NCBI GenBank assembly: GCA_050258035.1
Contig: JBLMYA010000092.1
Location: 24,433 to 88,432 of the forward strand
Reading direction: 5' to 3'
DNA: 64,000 bases
DNA from: Verrucomicrobiota bacterium
GTDB taxonomy: Bacteria; Actinomycetota; Thermoleophilia; Gaiellales; Gaiellaceae
Shown in pieces: positions 18,672-28,511 of this stretch (the stretch's first letter is position 1; each line of letters opens with the position of its first letter). The notes beneath the pieces are model-generated. The model ran no database searches. It was not told where the DNA came from and was given only the letters and a program-made list of their open reading frames with translations. A program made the position numbers and the translations under genes.

Positions 18672-20738
18672 ATGGCGCTGACGATTCTCGAGGGCTCGAC
18701 GTTCTGCATCAGCGACGAGCGCGGCGACATCTTCGAGCGGACCGGCGGGTTCTTCGCCCGGGACACGCGCTACCTCTCGGTCTTCAGGCTGACCGTCAAC
18801 GGCCAGCCGCCGCTCCTGCTCTCGTCGGGCAAGGTCGACTACTTCTCCGCAGCCTTCTACCTGCGCAACCCGCCGGTCGACGGACTCGCGCAGGATTCGG
18901 TGTCGATCGCCCGCGAGCGCTTCGTCTCAGAGGCGCTGCAGGAGCGGATCGTGGTCGAGAACGTCACCGCCCAGCCCGTCTCGTTCGAGCTCGCCATCCA
19001 CGTCGCCAGCGACTTCGCCGACATCTTCGCGGTCAAGGAGTACGACTTCGCGCTCGGCGACCCACTGCGGGCGAGGCCGCTGCCCGCGCCGGCTCCCCTG
19101 CGTTTCGACTCCGCCAAGGCGCTGTTCGTGATCGACGACCCGGAGGACGGGGCGTTCACGCTGGTGGCGTTCTCGAAGCCGGGCGTCGCCCAGGAGAGCT
19201 CGATCCGATACCAGGTTGAGCTCGGGCCGCGCGCGTGCTGGGAACTGACGGCGGACGTCGTCCCCAGCGGGGGCCGGCGCCGGAAGGTGGCGAGACCCGT
19301 CAGCCCGCGCCGCTTCGGCGAGCAGCGTGCCCGCGTCTACGACACGTTGACGGCGTGGCAGCTGCGCGTCCCGCAGCTGGAGGCGAGCTGGGACGCCCTC
19401 GAGGACACCTTCGCCCGGTCGGTGTCGGACCTCGCGTCGCTCCGCATGCGCGGAGGGAACAGCGGCCTCGCCCGCCTTCCGGCCGCAGGGATGCCGTGGT
19501 TCATGACCGTCTTCGGGCGCGACACGCTGATCACCTCGCTCCAGACGCTGCTCTTCGGGCCGGAGCTCGCGATCGGCGCCCTCGAGGTGCTCGCCGAGCT
19601 GCAGGCGCACGACGACGACCCGGAGACCGACGCCGAGCCGGGCAAGATCGTGCATGAGGTGCGCCACGGCAAGGCGGCGAAGGTCTGGTTCCACCGCTAC
19701 TACGGCACGGTCGACGCGACGCCGCTCTACCTCGTGCTCCTGTCCGAGGTCTGGCGCTGGACCGGCGACGCGGCGCTCGTCGAGCGGCTGCGTGGGCCGG
19801 CGCTGCGGGCCCTCGCCTGGATCGACGAGCACGGCGACTCCGACGGCGACGGCTTCGTCGAGTACCGGCGCCGGACGGAGCGCGGTCTCGAGAATCAATC
19901 GTGGAAGGACTCGGGCGACTCCCAGCGCTTCGCCGACGGGCGGCTCGCCGCGCCCCCCATCGCCCCCTGCGAGGTCCAGGGGTACGTCTACGACGCCAAG
20001 CGGCGGATGGCCGAGCTCGCGCGCCAGGCGTGGCGCGACGACGCGCTCGCGCGACGGCTCGACGAGGAGGCCGACCGGCTCCGCGAGCGCTTCGACGAAG
20101 CCTTCTGGGTGGAGGAGCGGGGCGGGTACTACGCACTCGCGCTCGACGCCGAGAAGACGCGGGTCGACTCGCTCTGCTCGAACATGGGTCACCTGCTCTG
20201 GAGCGGGATCGTCCCCGAAGCGCGGGCTCCGCAGGTCGTCGACTCGTTGATGAGCGAGCCGCTCTGGTCCGGTTGGGGCGTGCGGACCATGTCCACGGAG
20301 GACGCCGGCTACAGCCCGCTCTCGTACCACAACGGCACCGTCTGGCCCCACGACAATTCCCTGATCGCAGCCGGCCTGGCGCGGTACGGCCGTCGGGACG
20401 ACGCGCTGCGCATCGTCCGGCACATGCTCGAGGCGGCGGTGTACTTCGACTTCGAGCTGCCCGAGGTCTTCGCGGGGCTGCCGCGCGGGACGACGCCGTT
20501 CCCGATCGCGTATCCGACCGCCGCTCGCCCCCAGGCCTGGGCAGCCGGAACGCCGGTCCTCCTCCTCCAGGTCCTGCTCGGCCTCGAGCCCGACCGCGCG
20601 AGCTCGAGCCTCGTCACCACCGTGCCCGGCGAGGCGCCGGATTGGGCGGGCTCGCTCGTCCTGACCGGCGTGCCGGCGTTCGGATGTCTCTGGAACGTGC
20701 ATCTCGACGGCGGCCGCGTCCGGGTGGAGGCGGCATGA
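18672..20738 (+). CDS. Amylo-alpha-1,6-glucosidase / glycogen debranching enzyme family protein
   Basis: 688 aa with GGAGG RBS. The N-terminus MALTILEGSTFCISDERGDI and the (alpha/alpha)6-type C-terminal half are typical of the bacterial/archaeal GDE family. Confidence 0.75.
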   Translation: MALTILEGSTFCISDERGDIFERTGGFFARDTRYLSVFRLTVNGQPPLLLSSGKVDYFSAAFYLRNPPVDGLAQDSVSIARERFVSEALQERIVVENVTAQPVSFELAIHVASDFADIFAVKEYDFALGDPLRARPLPAPAPLRFDSAKALFVIDDPEDGAFTLVAFSKPGVAQESSIRYQVELGPRACWELTADVVPSGGRRRKVARPVSPRRFGEQRARVYDTLTAWQLRVPQLEASWDALEDTFARSVSDLASLRMRGGNSGLARLPAAGMPWFMTVFGRDTLITSLQTLLFGPELAIGALEVLAELQAHDDDPETDAEPGKIVHEVRHGKAAKVWFHRYYGTVDATPLYLVLLSEVWRWTGDAALVERLRGPALRALAWIDEHGDSDGDGFVEYRRRTERGLENQSWKDSGDSQRFADGRLAAPPIAPCEVQGYVYDAKRRMAELARQAWRDDALARRLDEEADRLRERFDEAFWVEERGGYYALALDAEKTRVDSLCSNMGHLLWSGIVPEARAPQVVDSLMSEPLWSGWGVRTMSTEDAGYSPLSYHNGTVWPHDNSLIAAGLARYGRRDDALRIVRHMLEAAVYFDFELPEVFAGLPRGTTPFPIAYPTAARPQAWAAGTPVLLLQVLLGLEPDRASSSLVTTVPGEAPDWAGSLVLTGVPAFGCLWNVHLDGGRVRVEAA

Positions 20739-20822
20739 CCGGGCGCGAACCGGCCGGAACCGCCGCGAGGTTGTCCACAATTGCTGCAATTCGTGGTGTT
20801 TTCGGGAATACGAGAGCGTGAC

Positions 20823-21863
20823 GTGACCGACCGGCCTTTGCGCGTCGCGGTGATCAGCCCCGTCTGGTTCCCCGTGCCGCCGACCGGCTACGGCGGCATC
20901 GAGTGGATCGTCTGGCTGCTCGCGGACGGGCTGATCGAAGCCGGGCACGACGTGACGCTCTTCGCCTCGGGCGACTCGCACACCAAGGCGACGCTTGCGT
21001 CGGTCTTCCCGACCGCCCCGAGCGAGCGGATCGGCCAGACGCTCCCGGAGCTCCAGCACTGCCTCGCCGCGTACGCCCGCGCCGACGAGTTCGACGTGAT
21101 CAACGACCATTCCGGCCTGCCCGCCGCGGCGATCGGCGGCCTGATCGACACGCCGGTCCTGCACACGATCCACGGGCCGCTCGACGGGGAGGGCGGAGCG
21201 ATCTACGAGCAGATCGCGCAGGTCTCGCGCGGCATCCGCTTCATCTCGATCTCGATGAACCAGCGCAGGCCGAAGCCCCACTTCCCGTGGGTGGCCAACT
21301 GTCCGAACGCCCTCGACTTCTCGCTCTACCCGGTGAAGCCGCACCGAGGCGACTACCTGCTCTTCCTCGGCCGGATGAGCCCCGACAAGGGCTGCCACCG
21401 CGCGATCGACGTCGCCGTCTCCGCCGGCCTGCCGCTGAAGATCGCCGGCAAGAGGCGCGAACCCCTCGAGCAGCAGTACTTCGACGAGTTCGTCGCGCCG
21501 CACCTGTCCGACGAGATCGAGTACCTCGGCGAGGTCACGCACGGGGAGAAGGTCGAGCTCCTGCAGAACGCGCGGGCGACGCTCTTCCCGATCGAGTGGG
21601 AGGAGCCGTTCGGGCTCGTCATGATCGAGTCGATGGCCTGCGGCACCCCGGTGATCGCCACCCGGTGGGGGGCGGTGCCGGAGGTGATCGAGCAGTGCCG
21701 GAGCGGGATCATCGTCGACGACTACCGCCTGATGGCGGCGGCGATCGAGGAGGCCGACCGGCTGGATCCGCTCGAGCTCGTCCGCTACGCGCAGCAGCAC
21801 TTCTCGCCCGAGCGAATGGTCGGCGACTACCTGCGCGCGTTTCGGTCGGTCCTCGATCGCTAG
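20823..21863 (+). CDS. GT4-family glycosyltransferase
   Basis: LRVAVISPVWFPVPPTGYGGIE N-terminus and EPFGLVMIESMACGTPVIA (E-x7-E region). The alternative TTG start at 20781 (track) cannot be excluded. Confidence 0.8.
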   Translation: MTDRPLRVAVISPVWFPVPPTGYGGIEWIVWLLADGLIEAGHDVTLFASGDSHTKATLASVFPTAPSERIGQTLPELQHCLAAYARADEFDVINDHSGLPAAAIGGLIDTPVLHTIHGPLDGEGGAIYEQIAQVSRGIRFISISMNQRRPKPHFPWVANCPNALDFSLYPVKPHRGDYLLFLGRMSPDKGCHRAIDVAVSAGLPLKIAGKRREPLEQQYFDEFVAPHLSDEIEYLGEVTHGEKVELLQNARATLFPIEWEEPFGLVMIESMACGTPVIATRWGAVPEVIEQCRSGIIVDDYRLMAAAIEEADRLDPLELVRYAQQHFSPERMVGDYLRAFRSVLDR

Positions 21864-21872
21864 ATTGGAGTC

Positions 21873-22106
21873 GTGGTGACCGACCGGCTGCGCGCCCTCC
21901 TCGAGCAGGCGTTCCCCGATGCGGGTGAACTCGAGGTCGAGGACCGAACCGGCACCGGCGACCACTTCCAGGTGACCGTCGCGACACCGGAGTTCCAGGG
22001 GCTCTCGCTGCTCGAGCAGCATCGGCTCGTGAACGAGGCGCTCGCGGGTCCGCTCGCCGACGGCACCATTCACGAGTTGCGGATCAAGACAAAGGGGGAA
22101 GCGTGA
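21873..22106 (+). CDS. bolA: BolA-family protein
   Basis: 77 aa. The stretch GDHFQVTVATPEFQGLSLLEQHRLVNEAL matches the BolA fold signature. Confidence 0.75.
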   Translation: MVTDRLRALLEQAFPDAGELEVEDRTGTGDHFQVTVATPEFQGLSLLEQHRLVNEALAGPLADGTIHELRIKTKGEA

Positions 22107-22480
22107 GCGACCTGGGCTCGAACATCCGGCAGGTGATCGAGGGCGAGGACGTGGCCCTGTTCATGAAGGGGACGCCGCAGATGGTGATGTGCGGCAACTC
22201 CATGCGCGCGCTCGAGGCGCTCCGCCGCGCGGGCGCTCCGATCAGCGTGGTCGACGTGCTCCCCGACCCGGCGATCCGCCAGGAGCTTTCGGCCCAGTCC
22301 GGCTGGCCGACGATCCCGCAGGTGTTCGTCCGCGGCGAGCTGGTCGGCGGCGCGGACATCGTCGAGGAGCTCGAGGCGACCGGCGAGCTCGAGCGCACGC
22401 TCGAGGAGAAGCTCGGCCCGGGCTACCGCGACGAGCGCGAGGAGAAGACGCTCGCGGTCACCTCCTTCGCCGCACCCTAG
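22103..22480 (+). CDS. Monothiol (class II, Grx4-like) glutaredoxin with atypical CGNS active site
   Basis: 125 aa. FMKGTPQMVMCGNSMRA aligns with canonical MKG.P..P.CGFS, and WPTIPQVFVRGELVGG is also present. The GTG start overlaps the bolA stop (GTGA). Confidence 0.75.
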   Translation: MSDLGSNIRQVIEGEDVALFMKGTPQMVMCGNSMRALEALRRAGAPISVVDVLPDPAIRQELSAQSGWPTIPQVFVRGELVGGADIVEELEATGELERTLEEKLGPGYRDEREEKTLAVTSFAAP

Positions 22481-23340
22481 GTCTCGCTTTCCGCACGCTT
22501 GTCCCAGTAGCGCTTCATCCCGACGTAGGACTGCCACAGCGGAGCGGCGCGCTCCCAGACGTCGGCCTCGTCGGCGCCGACCGCGGCCTCGAGATCGCGC
22601 CGCGCCGCCGCCACCCACGCCTGCTCGTCGAGACCCTCGCGCCCCCGCGCCGCCCACCTGGTCAGCGCCTCCCGGACGAGCGCCAGATGCTCCGACGGAG
22701 AGTCGGCGACGCCGAAATGGATCAGCGCGAGCCGCTCGGGCCGGCGCCGCTCGATCTCCTCGAACGTATGGAACCAACCCTCGACGTCGAGATCCGGAGG
22801 CGGGCACACGGGCAGCGCGTACCGTCCCGGCTGGATCCGGACGCCGGCCGCGTCGCCCGCGTACAGCGTCCCGTCGTCGTGCAGGTAGCAGACGTGGTGC
22901 GAGGCGTGGCCGGGGGACGGGAAGCACTCGAGCCCGACGACGCGGTCGCCGGCGACCTCCACGTTCCCTCCCGGCACCGGCGCCAGCTCGCCCCAGAGGA
23001 TGTCGAAGGCGTCCCCGTACAGGCGACGGGCACTCGCCTCGAGCCGCGCCGGGTCGACGAGGTGCGCGGCACCGACCTCGGAGACGTGGACACGCAGCTC
23101 CGGGTGCTCACGGACGATCGTCCCCACGGCGCCGGCGTGGTCGAGGTGGATGTGCGAGAGGAGGAGGTGGCGGAGGTCGGTGAGCTCGAGCCCGCGGTCG
23201 GCGAGCGCGGCCTTCAGGGCCGGCAGGCAGGTGGTCGGGCCACAGTCGTGCAGCGCGAACCCGTCGTCGGTCTCGAGGAGGTAGCAGGCGACGACGCGCT
23301 CGGTCTGATGGTGGAGGTCGATGAGGTCGGGTGCGCCCAC
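22477..23340 (-). CDS. MBL-fold metallo-hydrolase
   Basis: 287 aa with the SHIHLDHAG (HxHxDH) motif. Confidence 0.8.
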   Translation of the reverse strand: MGAPDLIDLHHQTERVVACYLLETDDGFALHDCGPTTCLPALKAALADRGLELTDLRHLLLSHIHLDHAGAVGTIVREHPELRVHVSEVGAAHLVDPARLEASARRLYGDAFDILWGELAPVPGGNVEVAGDRVVGLECFPSPGHASHHVCYLHDDGTLYAGDAAGVRIQPGRYALPVCPPPDLDVEGWFHTFEEIERRRPERLALIHFGVADSPSEHLALVREALTRWAARGREGLDEQAWVAAARRDLEAAVGADEADVWERAAPLWQSYVGMKRYWDKRAESET

Positions 23341-23372
23341 GACCGGGATTCAACCCGATCGTGGGCGCCCCG

Positions 23373-23855
23373 CTACGGGAGCCTGCGTCCGGGGATGCCG
23401 ACCGCGACCAGGGCCCGCTTCAGCGTGAGCCCGCCCCGGTACCAGCCGCCGTGCGTGTCACCGCCGAAGATCCGCTGCCCGGCCGCGACGTGGGCGAGCG
23501 CGCCGGCGGCTGCGAACGGGTAGAGCTCCTGGCGGATCGTCCCCGCGGGCGCGGTGCCCATCGGGACGACGTACGCCGCGACGTAACGGGGGCCGAGCGC
23601 GCCGGCCGGGCGGCGGGGAGAGGTCGGGTCGGGCGATTGCCGGAAGACGAGCCCGAACCAGCCGCTCCGTTCGACGAGGCTTTCGAAGGGCGTGCCGGGG
23701 CCGTCGCTCTCCGGGTTGCCGGTGAGCACGATCGGGTGGGTGAGGCCCGGGCCGGTGATCGTGACCTTGGACGGGCCCTTCGCCGCAGCCGGCCCGGCGA
23801 ATGCGGCCAGCACGGCGGCGGCGATGAGGACCACGAGTGCGAATGGACGCTTCAT
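23373..23855 (-). CDS. Exported hypothetical protein
   Basis: 160 aa with signal peptide MKRPFALVVLIAAAVLAAFAGPAAA. Confidence 0.6.
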   Translation of the reverse strand: MKRPFALVVLIAAAVLAAFAGPAAAKGPSKVTITGPGLTHPIVLTGNPESDGPGTPFESLVERSGWFGLVFRQSPDPTSPRRPAGALGPRYVAAYVVPMGTAPAGTIRQELYPFAAAGALAHVAAGQRIFGGDTHGGWYRGGLTLKRALVAVGIPGRRLP

Positions 23856-23991
23856 GCCGTCTCTACACCGCCTCCGGCCGGCGGGTTCCCGACGAGGCCC
23901 GCCAGCCCTGTGGAAAAATCGTCACGGTTCTGCCACACGTCTGGTGCCAGGCATTCACTGTGGAAAACCGCCAGCAGAGGGCGAAAACAGC

Positions 23992-25125
23992 CTAGGCCGT
24001 TGCAGCCGAGTGGAGGAGCGCGGCGCCGAGGTCGGCGACCAGGTCGTCGACGGACTCGATCCCGACCGACAGCCGAACGAGGTTCGGCGGCGCGGCGAAG
24101 GGCGTGTCCGAGGTCGACGCATGCGTCATGGCCGACGGGACCTCGATCAGGCTCTCCACGCCGCCGAGGCTCTCGGCCAGCTTCCAGATCTTCGTACGCG
24201 CGACGAGCGCGACCGCGTCCTCGACGGTCGGGGCGAGGAACGAGACCATTCCGCCGTAGTCGGACATCTGGCGTGCGGCCACGTCACGTCCCGGATGACC
24301 CTGGAGGCCGGGGTAGAGCACACGCTCGACCCCGGCATGCCCGTCGAGGAACCCCGCGACCGCGCGGGCGTTCTCGCAGTGGCGCTGCATCCGGAGGGCG
24401 AGCGTCTTCAGTCCGCGCAGCACCAGCCACGAGTCGAACGGGCCCGGCACCGCACCCAGCGAGTTCTGCAGGAACGCGAGCCGCTCGGCGACGGTCGGGT
24501 CGTCGGTGGCGGCGAAGCCGCCGACGAGATCGGAATGGCCGCCGAGATACTTCGTGGTCGAGTGGACGACGATGTCGGCGCCGAGCTCGAGCGGCCGCTG
24601 GAGGTACGGCGTCGCGAACGTGTTGTCCACGACGACCACGGCTCCGGCGGCGTGTGCGACCTCGACGGCGGCGGCGATGTCGACGACGTTGAGGAGCGGA
24701 TTCGTCGGCGTCTCGATCCAGACGAGGCGGGTCTCGCCGTCGATCGCATCGACGACGCCGTCGTGCGGCGCGAACTCGAACCGGTAGCCCTTCGGCTCGT
24801 AGACCTTCGAGAACAGGCGGTAGGTCCCGCCGTAGACGTCGTTGACCGCGACCACCCGGTCGCCCGGCGAGATCAGGTGCATCACCGTGGTCGTCGCACC
24901 CATTCCGGACGAGTACGCGAAGCCGTACCGGGCGCTCTCGAGCGAGGCGAGGCACGTCTCCAGCGCCCTCCTGGTCGGGTTCGCAGTGCGCGAGTAGTCG
25001 TAGCCCTTGTGCTCGCCGACCGCCTCCTGTACGTAGGTGGACGTCTGGTAGATCGGGATGGTGACCGCGCCGGTGGCCGGGTCGGGCTCCTGGCCCTCGT
25101 GGATCGCGCGCGTCTCGAAGTCCAT
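23992..25125 (-). CDS. Cys/Met-metabolism PLP enzyme (cystathionine gamma-synthase/gamma-lyase type)
   Basis: ATG at 25125 (MDFETRAIHEGQ...), 377 aa, with HSTTKYLGGHSD as the PLP-lysine motif. The rest of track ORF 23992..26118 is spurious. Confidence 0.85.
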   Translation of the reverse strand: MDFETRAIHEGQEPDPATGAVTIPIYQTSTYVQEAVGEHKGYDYSRTANPTRRALETCLASLESARYGFAYSSGMGATTTVMHLISPGDRVVAVNDVYGGTYRLFSKVYEPKGYRFEFAPHDGVVDAIDGETRLVWIETPTNPLLNVVDIAAAVEVAHAAGAVVVVDNTFATPYLQRPLELGADIVVHSTTKYLGGHSDLVGGFAATDDPTVAERLAFLQNSLGAVPGPFDSWLVLRGLKTLALRMQRHCENARAVAGFLDGHAGVERVLYPGLQGHPGRDVAARQMSDYGGMVSFLAPTVEDAVALVARTKIWKLAESLGGVESLIEVPSAMTHASTSDTPFAAPPNLVRLSVGIESVDDLVADLGAALLHSAATA

Positions 25126-25310
25126 CACCCGATCGTAGCTCCGAGCCAGCGCGGCAGGCCTCTCAGCGGCCGGTCGAGCGATGCGGGGCGGGCGCCGTCC
25201 TCCCACCAGACGCCGCGCACGCGGAGCAGGCGGTTCTTCCGGTCGTGGACGGGCTCGACCCTGCCGACCAGCCGCTCTCCGCGGCTCGGTCCCTGGCACC
25301 GTGAGGAGGC

Positions 25311-26444
25311 TCACCAGGCGACCCGGTCGAGTTCGAGCACACGCGCGAGACGGTCGAGCGCCTTCTCGAGCGCGGTGTCGAGCGCTCCCGAGCGGCGTAC
25401 CTTCGGCTCGAGGTGGAAGGCGCGGACGCGGAGCACGCCTTCCGCCCGGTCTGCCTTCAGGTCGGCGCGCCCGGCCAGCCGTTCGCCGTACAGGAACGGG
25501 AGCACGTAGTAGCCGTATTTCCGCTGCGGGGCGGGCTTGTAGACCTCGATCACGTGGACGAATCCGAAGATCCGCTCGACGAACGCCCGGTCCCACACCA
25601 GGTTGTCGAACGGGCAGAGGAGCACCCCGCCGCTCGGCGAGCCGTCGACCTCCGCGGCGGCCGGCACGACCACGGGCACCCCGCCGTCGTCGACCGCGAC
25701 CCGCCGGACGAGGCCCTCGGCTTCGAGGCCGTCGACGACCGGACGCATCGCCTTCGCTCCGCCCTGGAAACGGCAGTGCTCCGCGATCCCCGCCTCGGTC
25801 AGAGCGCCGCGACCCTGGACCGCGCGCAGCGCGTAGCCGCGCCGGAATTCCTCCTCGGTCGGGACGGGCGCCTCCAGTTGCTCCCGCGGTATCACCCGGT
25901 CGGGCAGGTCGTACAGCCGCTGGAAGCCGTCGCGTCCCGCGACCACGACCTCTCCGGCGGCGAACAGGTTCTCGAGGATCCGCTTCTCCGGCTTCCAGTT
26001 CCACATGCCACCGCCGCCACCGCCCTCGAAGAAGCGGGTCGGGAGGGCGCCGTTGGTGCGGAGGGCGTCGAGCACCCGTTCCTTCACCTCCGGGTCGTGG
26101 TCGTGCTTGCGGCCCCACCAGTGCCGCTCGCGGAGGTGCTCCATGCGCCGCTTGAAGAGCGGATAGTCCTCGATCGGGACGAGGCAGGCTTCGTGCGCCC
26201 AGTACTCGAAGATCCGGCCCGCCTTCAGCAGCCGTGAGACGACCGACTCCGGGTAACTGCCGATGCGGCTGGCGAGCGTCAGCCGGTGCGCGCGGCCGAC
26301 GGTCGAGATCGAGTCGAGCTGTACGCAGCCGAGCCGGCGAATCGCCTTCGCGACCTCGTCCGCCCGCGCCCGCCGGAAGCGGGTGGCATAGCCCTGGTGC
26401 GCGACGACGTAGCGGCGCAGCTGTGCGACGGAAACGGTCTCCAA
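25311..26444 (-). CDS. Winged-helix YcaQ/AlkZ-like protein (putative DNA glycosylase family)
   Basis: TTG at 26444, 377 aa. LGCVQLDSISTVGRAHRLTLASR, YWAHEACL and YVLPFLYGERLAGRADLK resemble the YcaQ/AlkZ family pattern. Confidence 0.6.
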   Translation of the reverse strand: METVSVAQLRRYVVAHQGYATRFRRARADEVAKAIRRLGCVQLDSISTVGRAHRLTLASRIGSYPESVVSRLLKAGRIFEYWAHEACLVPIEDYPLFKRRMEHLRERHWWGRKHDHDPEVKERVLDALRTNGALPTRFFEGGGGGGMWNWKPEKRILENLFAAGEVVVAGRDGFQRLYDLPDRVIPREQLEAPVPTEEEFRRGYALRAVQGRGALTEAGIAEHCRFQGGAKAMRPVVDGLEAEGLVRRVAVDDGGVPVVVPAAAEVDGSPSGGVLLCPFDNLVWDRAFVERIFGFVHVIEVYKPAPQRKYGYYVLPFLYGERLAGRADLKADRAEGVLRVRAFHLEPKVRRSGALDTALEKALDRLARVLELDRVAW

Positions 26445-26460
26445 CGTCCGTCCCGGTGGG

Positions 26461-27072
26461 CTACGCCTCGAGCGGAACGTAGCCGGGGACGGCCGCCACC
26501 CGCTCGATCCACGCCCGGACGCCGGGGTAGCGGCCGAGGTCGAAGTCACCTTCCTCGGCGAGGTGCGTGTAGGCGTAGAGCGAGATGTCTGCGACCGTGA
26601 AACCGTCGTCGACGAGCCATTCGCGCCCATCGAGGTGGCCGTCCAGTGCGGCCAGGGCGCGGTTGCCTCCCCGCCACTTCGACTCGAGCTCGTCGGCGTG
26701 GCGCTCGCGCTCGCCGAGCAGCGCGATCCAGAACCGCGCGACGGCGATCGTCGGCTCCAGCTCGTACTGCTCGAAGAACATCCACTGGAGGACGCGAGCC
26801 CGTGCGAGCGGGTCCGCAGGCAGGTACGCGGTTCCGTCGGCGAGGTACCAGAGAATCGCATTCGACTCGGCGAGGTGCTCGCCGTCGTCGAGCTCGAGCG
26901 TCGGGACGCGCAACGCCGGGTTCTTCCCGCCGAGAAGCTCGGGCCGGTTCGAGCGGTCGACGACGTCGACCTCGACCCGCTCGTACTGGAGCCCGCGGAG
27001 GGCCAGGATCTGCCGGACCTTCCAGCAGTTGCCGGAGCGCTGCGAGTTGTAGAGCCGCATCGCCGTTACCAA
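26461..27072 (-). CDS. Glutathione S-transferase family protein
   Basis: 203 aa. RVPTLELDDGEHLAESNAILWYL is a thioredoxin-like N-domain, followed by a helical C-domain. Confidence 0.8.
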   Translation of the reverse strand: MVTAMRLYNSQRSGNCWKVRQILALRGLQYERVEVDVVDRSNRPELLGGKNPALRVPTLELDDGEHLAESNAILWYLADGTAYLPADPLARARVLQWMFFEQYELEPTIAVARFWIALLGERERHADELESKWRGGNRALAALDGHLDGREWLVDDGFTVADISLYAYTHLAEEGDFDLGRYPGVRAWIERVAAVPGYVPLEA

Positions 27073-27117
27073 CGCCGCTGGCGGCCGGACACTTCCGAGA
27101 CGGCGGCGGCGCGCACC

Positions 27118-28500
27118 CTAACGCCGGTGCGCGAGGTACTCGAGCAGGTCGGAGCGGGTGAGCACGGCCTCGGGCTTCCCCTCTCGGGCGACGACCACCG
27201 CCTGGTTGCGCTCGCGCAGGTCGGCGAACACCTCGTCGACCGAGTCCTGCACGTCGACCGCGCCGAGCGGCGGCTGCATCGCGGCGGCGACGTCCTCGCC
27301 GAGTGCGTCGGGGTTCCGGAAGATGCGGTCGAGCAGCGTGCGCTCGTTCAGGGAGCCGATCACGTCCGCCAGCGTCTCGGCCGGTGCGTTGCGGACCACC
27401 GGGACCTGCGAGATCCCGTAGCGCTGCATCAGCTCGATCGCGGCGCCCAGCTTCTCGTGTGGCTCGCAGGTGACCAGATCCGGGATGCCGTTCTCGGCGT
27501 GCGTGAACGCGAGTACCTGCTCGACGGTGTCGGGCGGCCCGTGTCGCTCGAGGAAGCCGTGCTCGAGCATCCAGTTGTCGTCGTAGATCTTCGAGAGGTA
27601 GCCGCGGCCGCCGTCGGGGATCGTGGTCAGGACCGTCGCATCCGGGCCGAGCCGCCTCGCGACCTCGACCATCGCGAACACGGACGTTCCGCCCGAGCCG
27701 CCGGCGAGGATCCCCTCCTCGCGCGCGAGCCGGCGTGTCATCCGGAACGAGTCGCGGTCGGACACGCGGACGTACTCGTCGACGACCGACGGGTCGAAGC
27801 TCTCCGGCCAGCCGTCCTTGCCGATCCCCTCCACGAGGTACGGGTGGACGGGCCCGCCGGAGTAGATCGAGCCCTCGGGGTCGGCCCCGACGACGAGCAG
27901 GTCGGGCTTCTGCTCCTTGAGGTACCGAGCCGCGCCGGTGATCGAGCCGCCGGTGCCGACAGCGATCACGACCGCGTCGAGCTCGCCGCCCGTCTGCTCC
28001 CAGATCTCCGGGCCGGTCGTCCGGTAGTGCGCCTCGGGGTTGCCCGGGTTCGAGTACTGGTCCGGCTTGTAGGCGCCGGGAATCTCCTCGGCGAGCCGGT
28101 CGGAGACGGCGTAGTAGCTCTCGGGCGAGTCGGCGTCGACGGCGGTCGGACAGATGACGACATCCGCCCCGAACGCGCGCAGCAGGGCGATCTTCTCCGG
28201 GGCCACCTTGTCGGGGACGACGAAGATCATCTTGTAGCCCCTGCTCGCCGCCGCGAGCGCGAGGCCGACGCCGGTGTTGCCGGACGTCGGCTCGACGATC
28301 GTCCCGCCCGGCCTCAGCCTCCCGGTGTGCTCCGCGTCCTCGATCATGCTCAGCGCGATCCGGTCCTTGTTCGAGCCTCCCGGATTCAGGTACTCGAGCT
28401 TGACGAGGAGAGTGGGTCCGAGCTCCCGGCCGATCTTCTGGAGGCGGACGACCGGCGTCCCGCCGACCAGGTCGAGCAGCGTCGGATACTCGAGCGCCAC
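27118..28500 (-). CDS. Cystathionine beta-synthase (PLP domain plus tandem CBS domains)
   Basis: GTG at 28500, 460 aa. Has the NPGGSNKDR PLP-Lys motif and TSGNTGVGLA. The C-terminal ~130 aa has a CBS-pair pattern. Confidence 0.85.
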   Translation of the reverse strand: MALEYPTLLDLVGGTPVVRLQKIGRELGPTLLVKLEYLNPGGSNKDRIALSMIEDAEHTGRLRPGGTIVEPTSGNTGVGLALAAASRGYKMIFVVPDKVAPEKIALLRAFGADVVICPTAVDADSPESYYAVSDRLAEEIPGAYKPDQYSNPGNPEAHYRTTGPEIWEQTGGELDAVVIAVGTGGSITGAARYLKEQKPDLLVVGADPEGSIYSGGPVHPYLVEGIGKDGWPESFDPSVVDEYVRVSDRDSFRMTRRLAREEGILAGGSGGTSVFAMVEVARRLGPDATVLTTIPDGGRGYLSKIYDDNWMLEHGFLERHGPPDTVEQVLAFTHAENGIPDLVTCEPHEKLGAAIELMQRYGISQVPVVRNAPAETLADVIGSLNERTLLDRIFRNPDALGEDVAAAMQPPLGAVDVQDSVDEVFADLRERNQAVVVAREGKPEAVLTRSDLLEYLAHRR

Positions 28501-28511
28501 GCGCCGGAAGC

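Noticed and set aside
18927-22073. 1048-aa minus-strand ORF, the longest in this part of the track
   Set aside because: It is antisense to four well-supported plus-strand genes (debranching enzyme, GT4, BolA and the Grx start). The translation is Arg/Glu/Pro/Gly-rich with no motifs, the classic high-GC shadow frame.
22477-22480. Convergent genes sharing overlapping stop codons (CTAG)
   Set aside because: This is a trivial consequence of tight packing. There is no intervening terminator to discuss and no functional implication I can support.
25126-25310. Possible SAM riboswitch in the 185-nt leader of the cystathionine gamma-type gene
   Set aside because: I could not find the conserved SAM-I or SAM-IV core elements in the correct order; there is only a chance GGUGCCA. 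A covariance-model scan would be needed before any claim.
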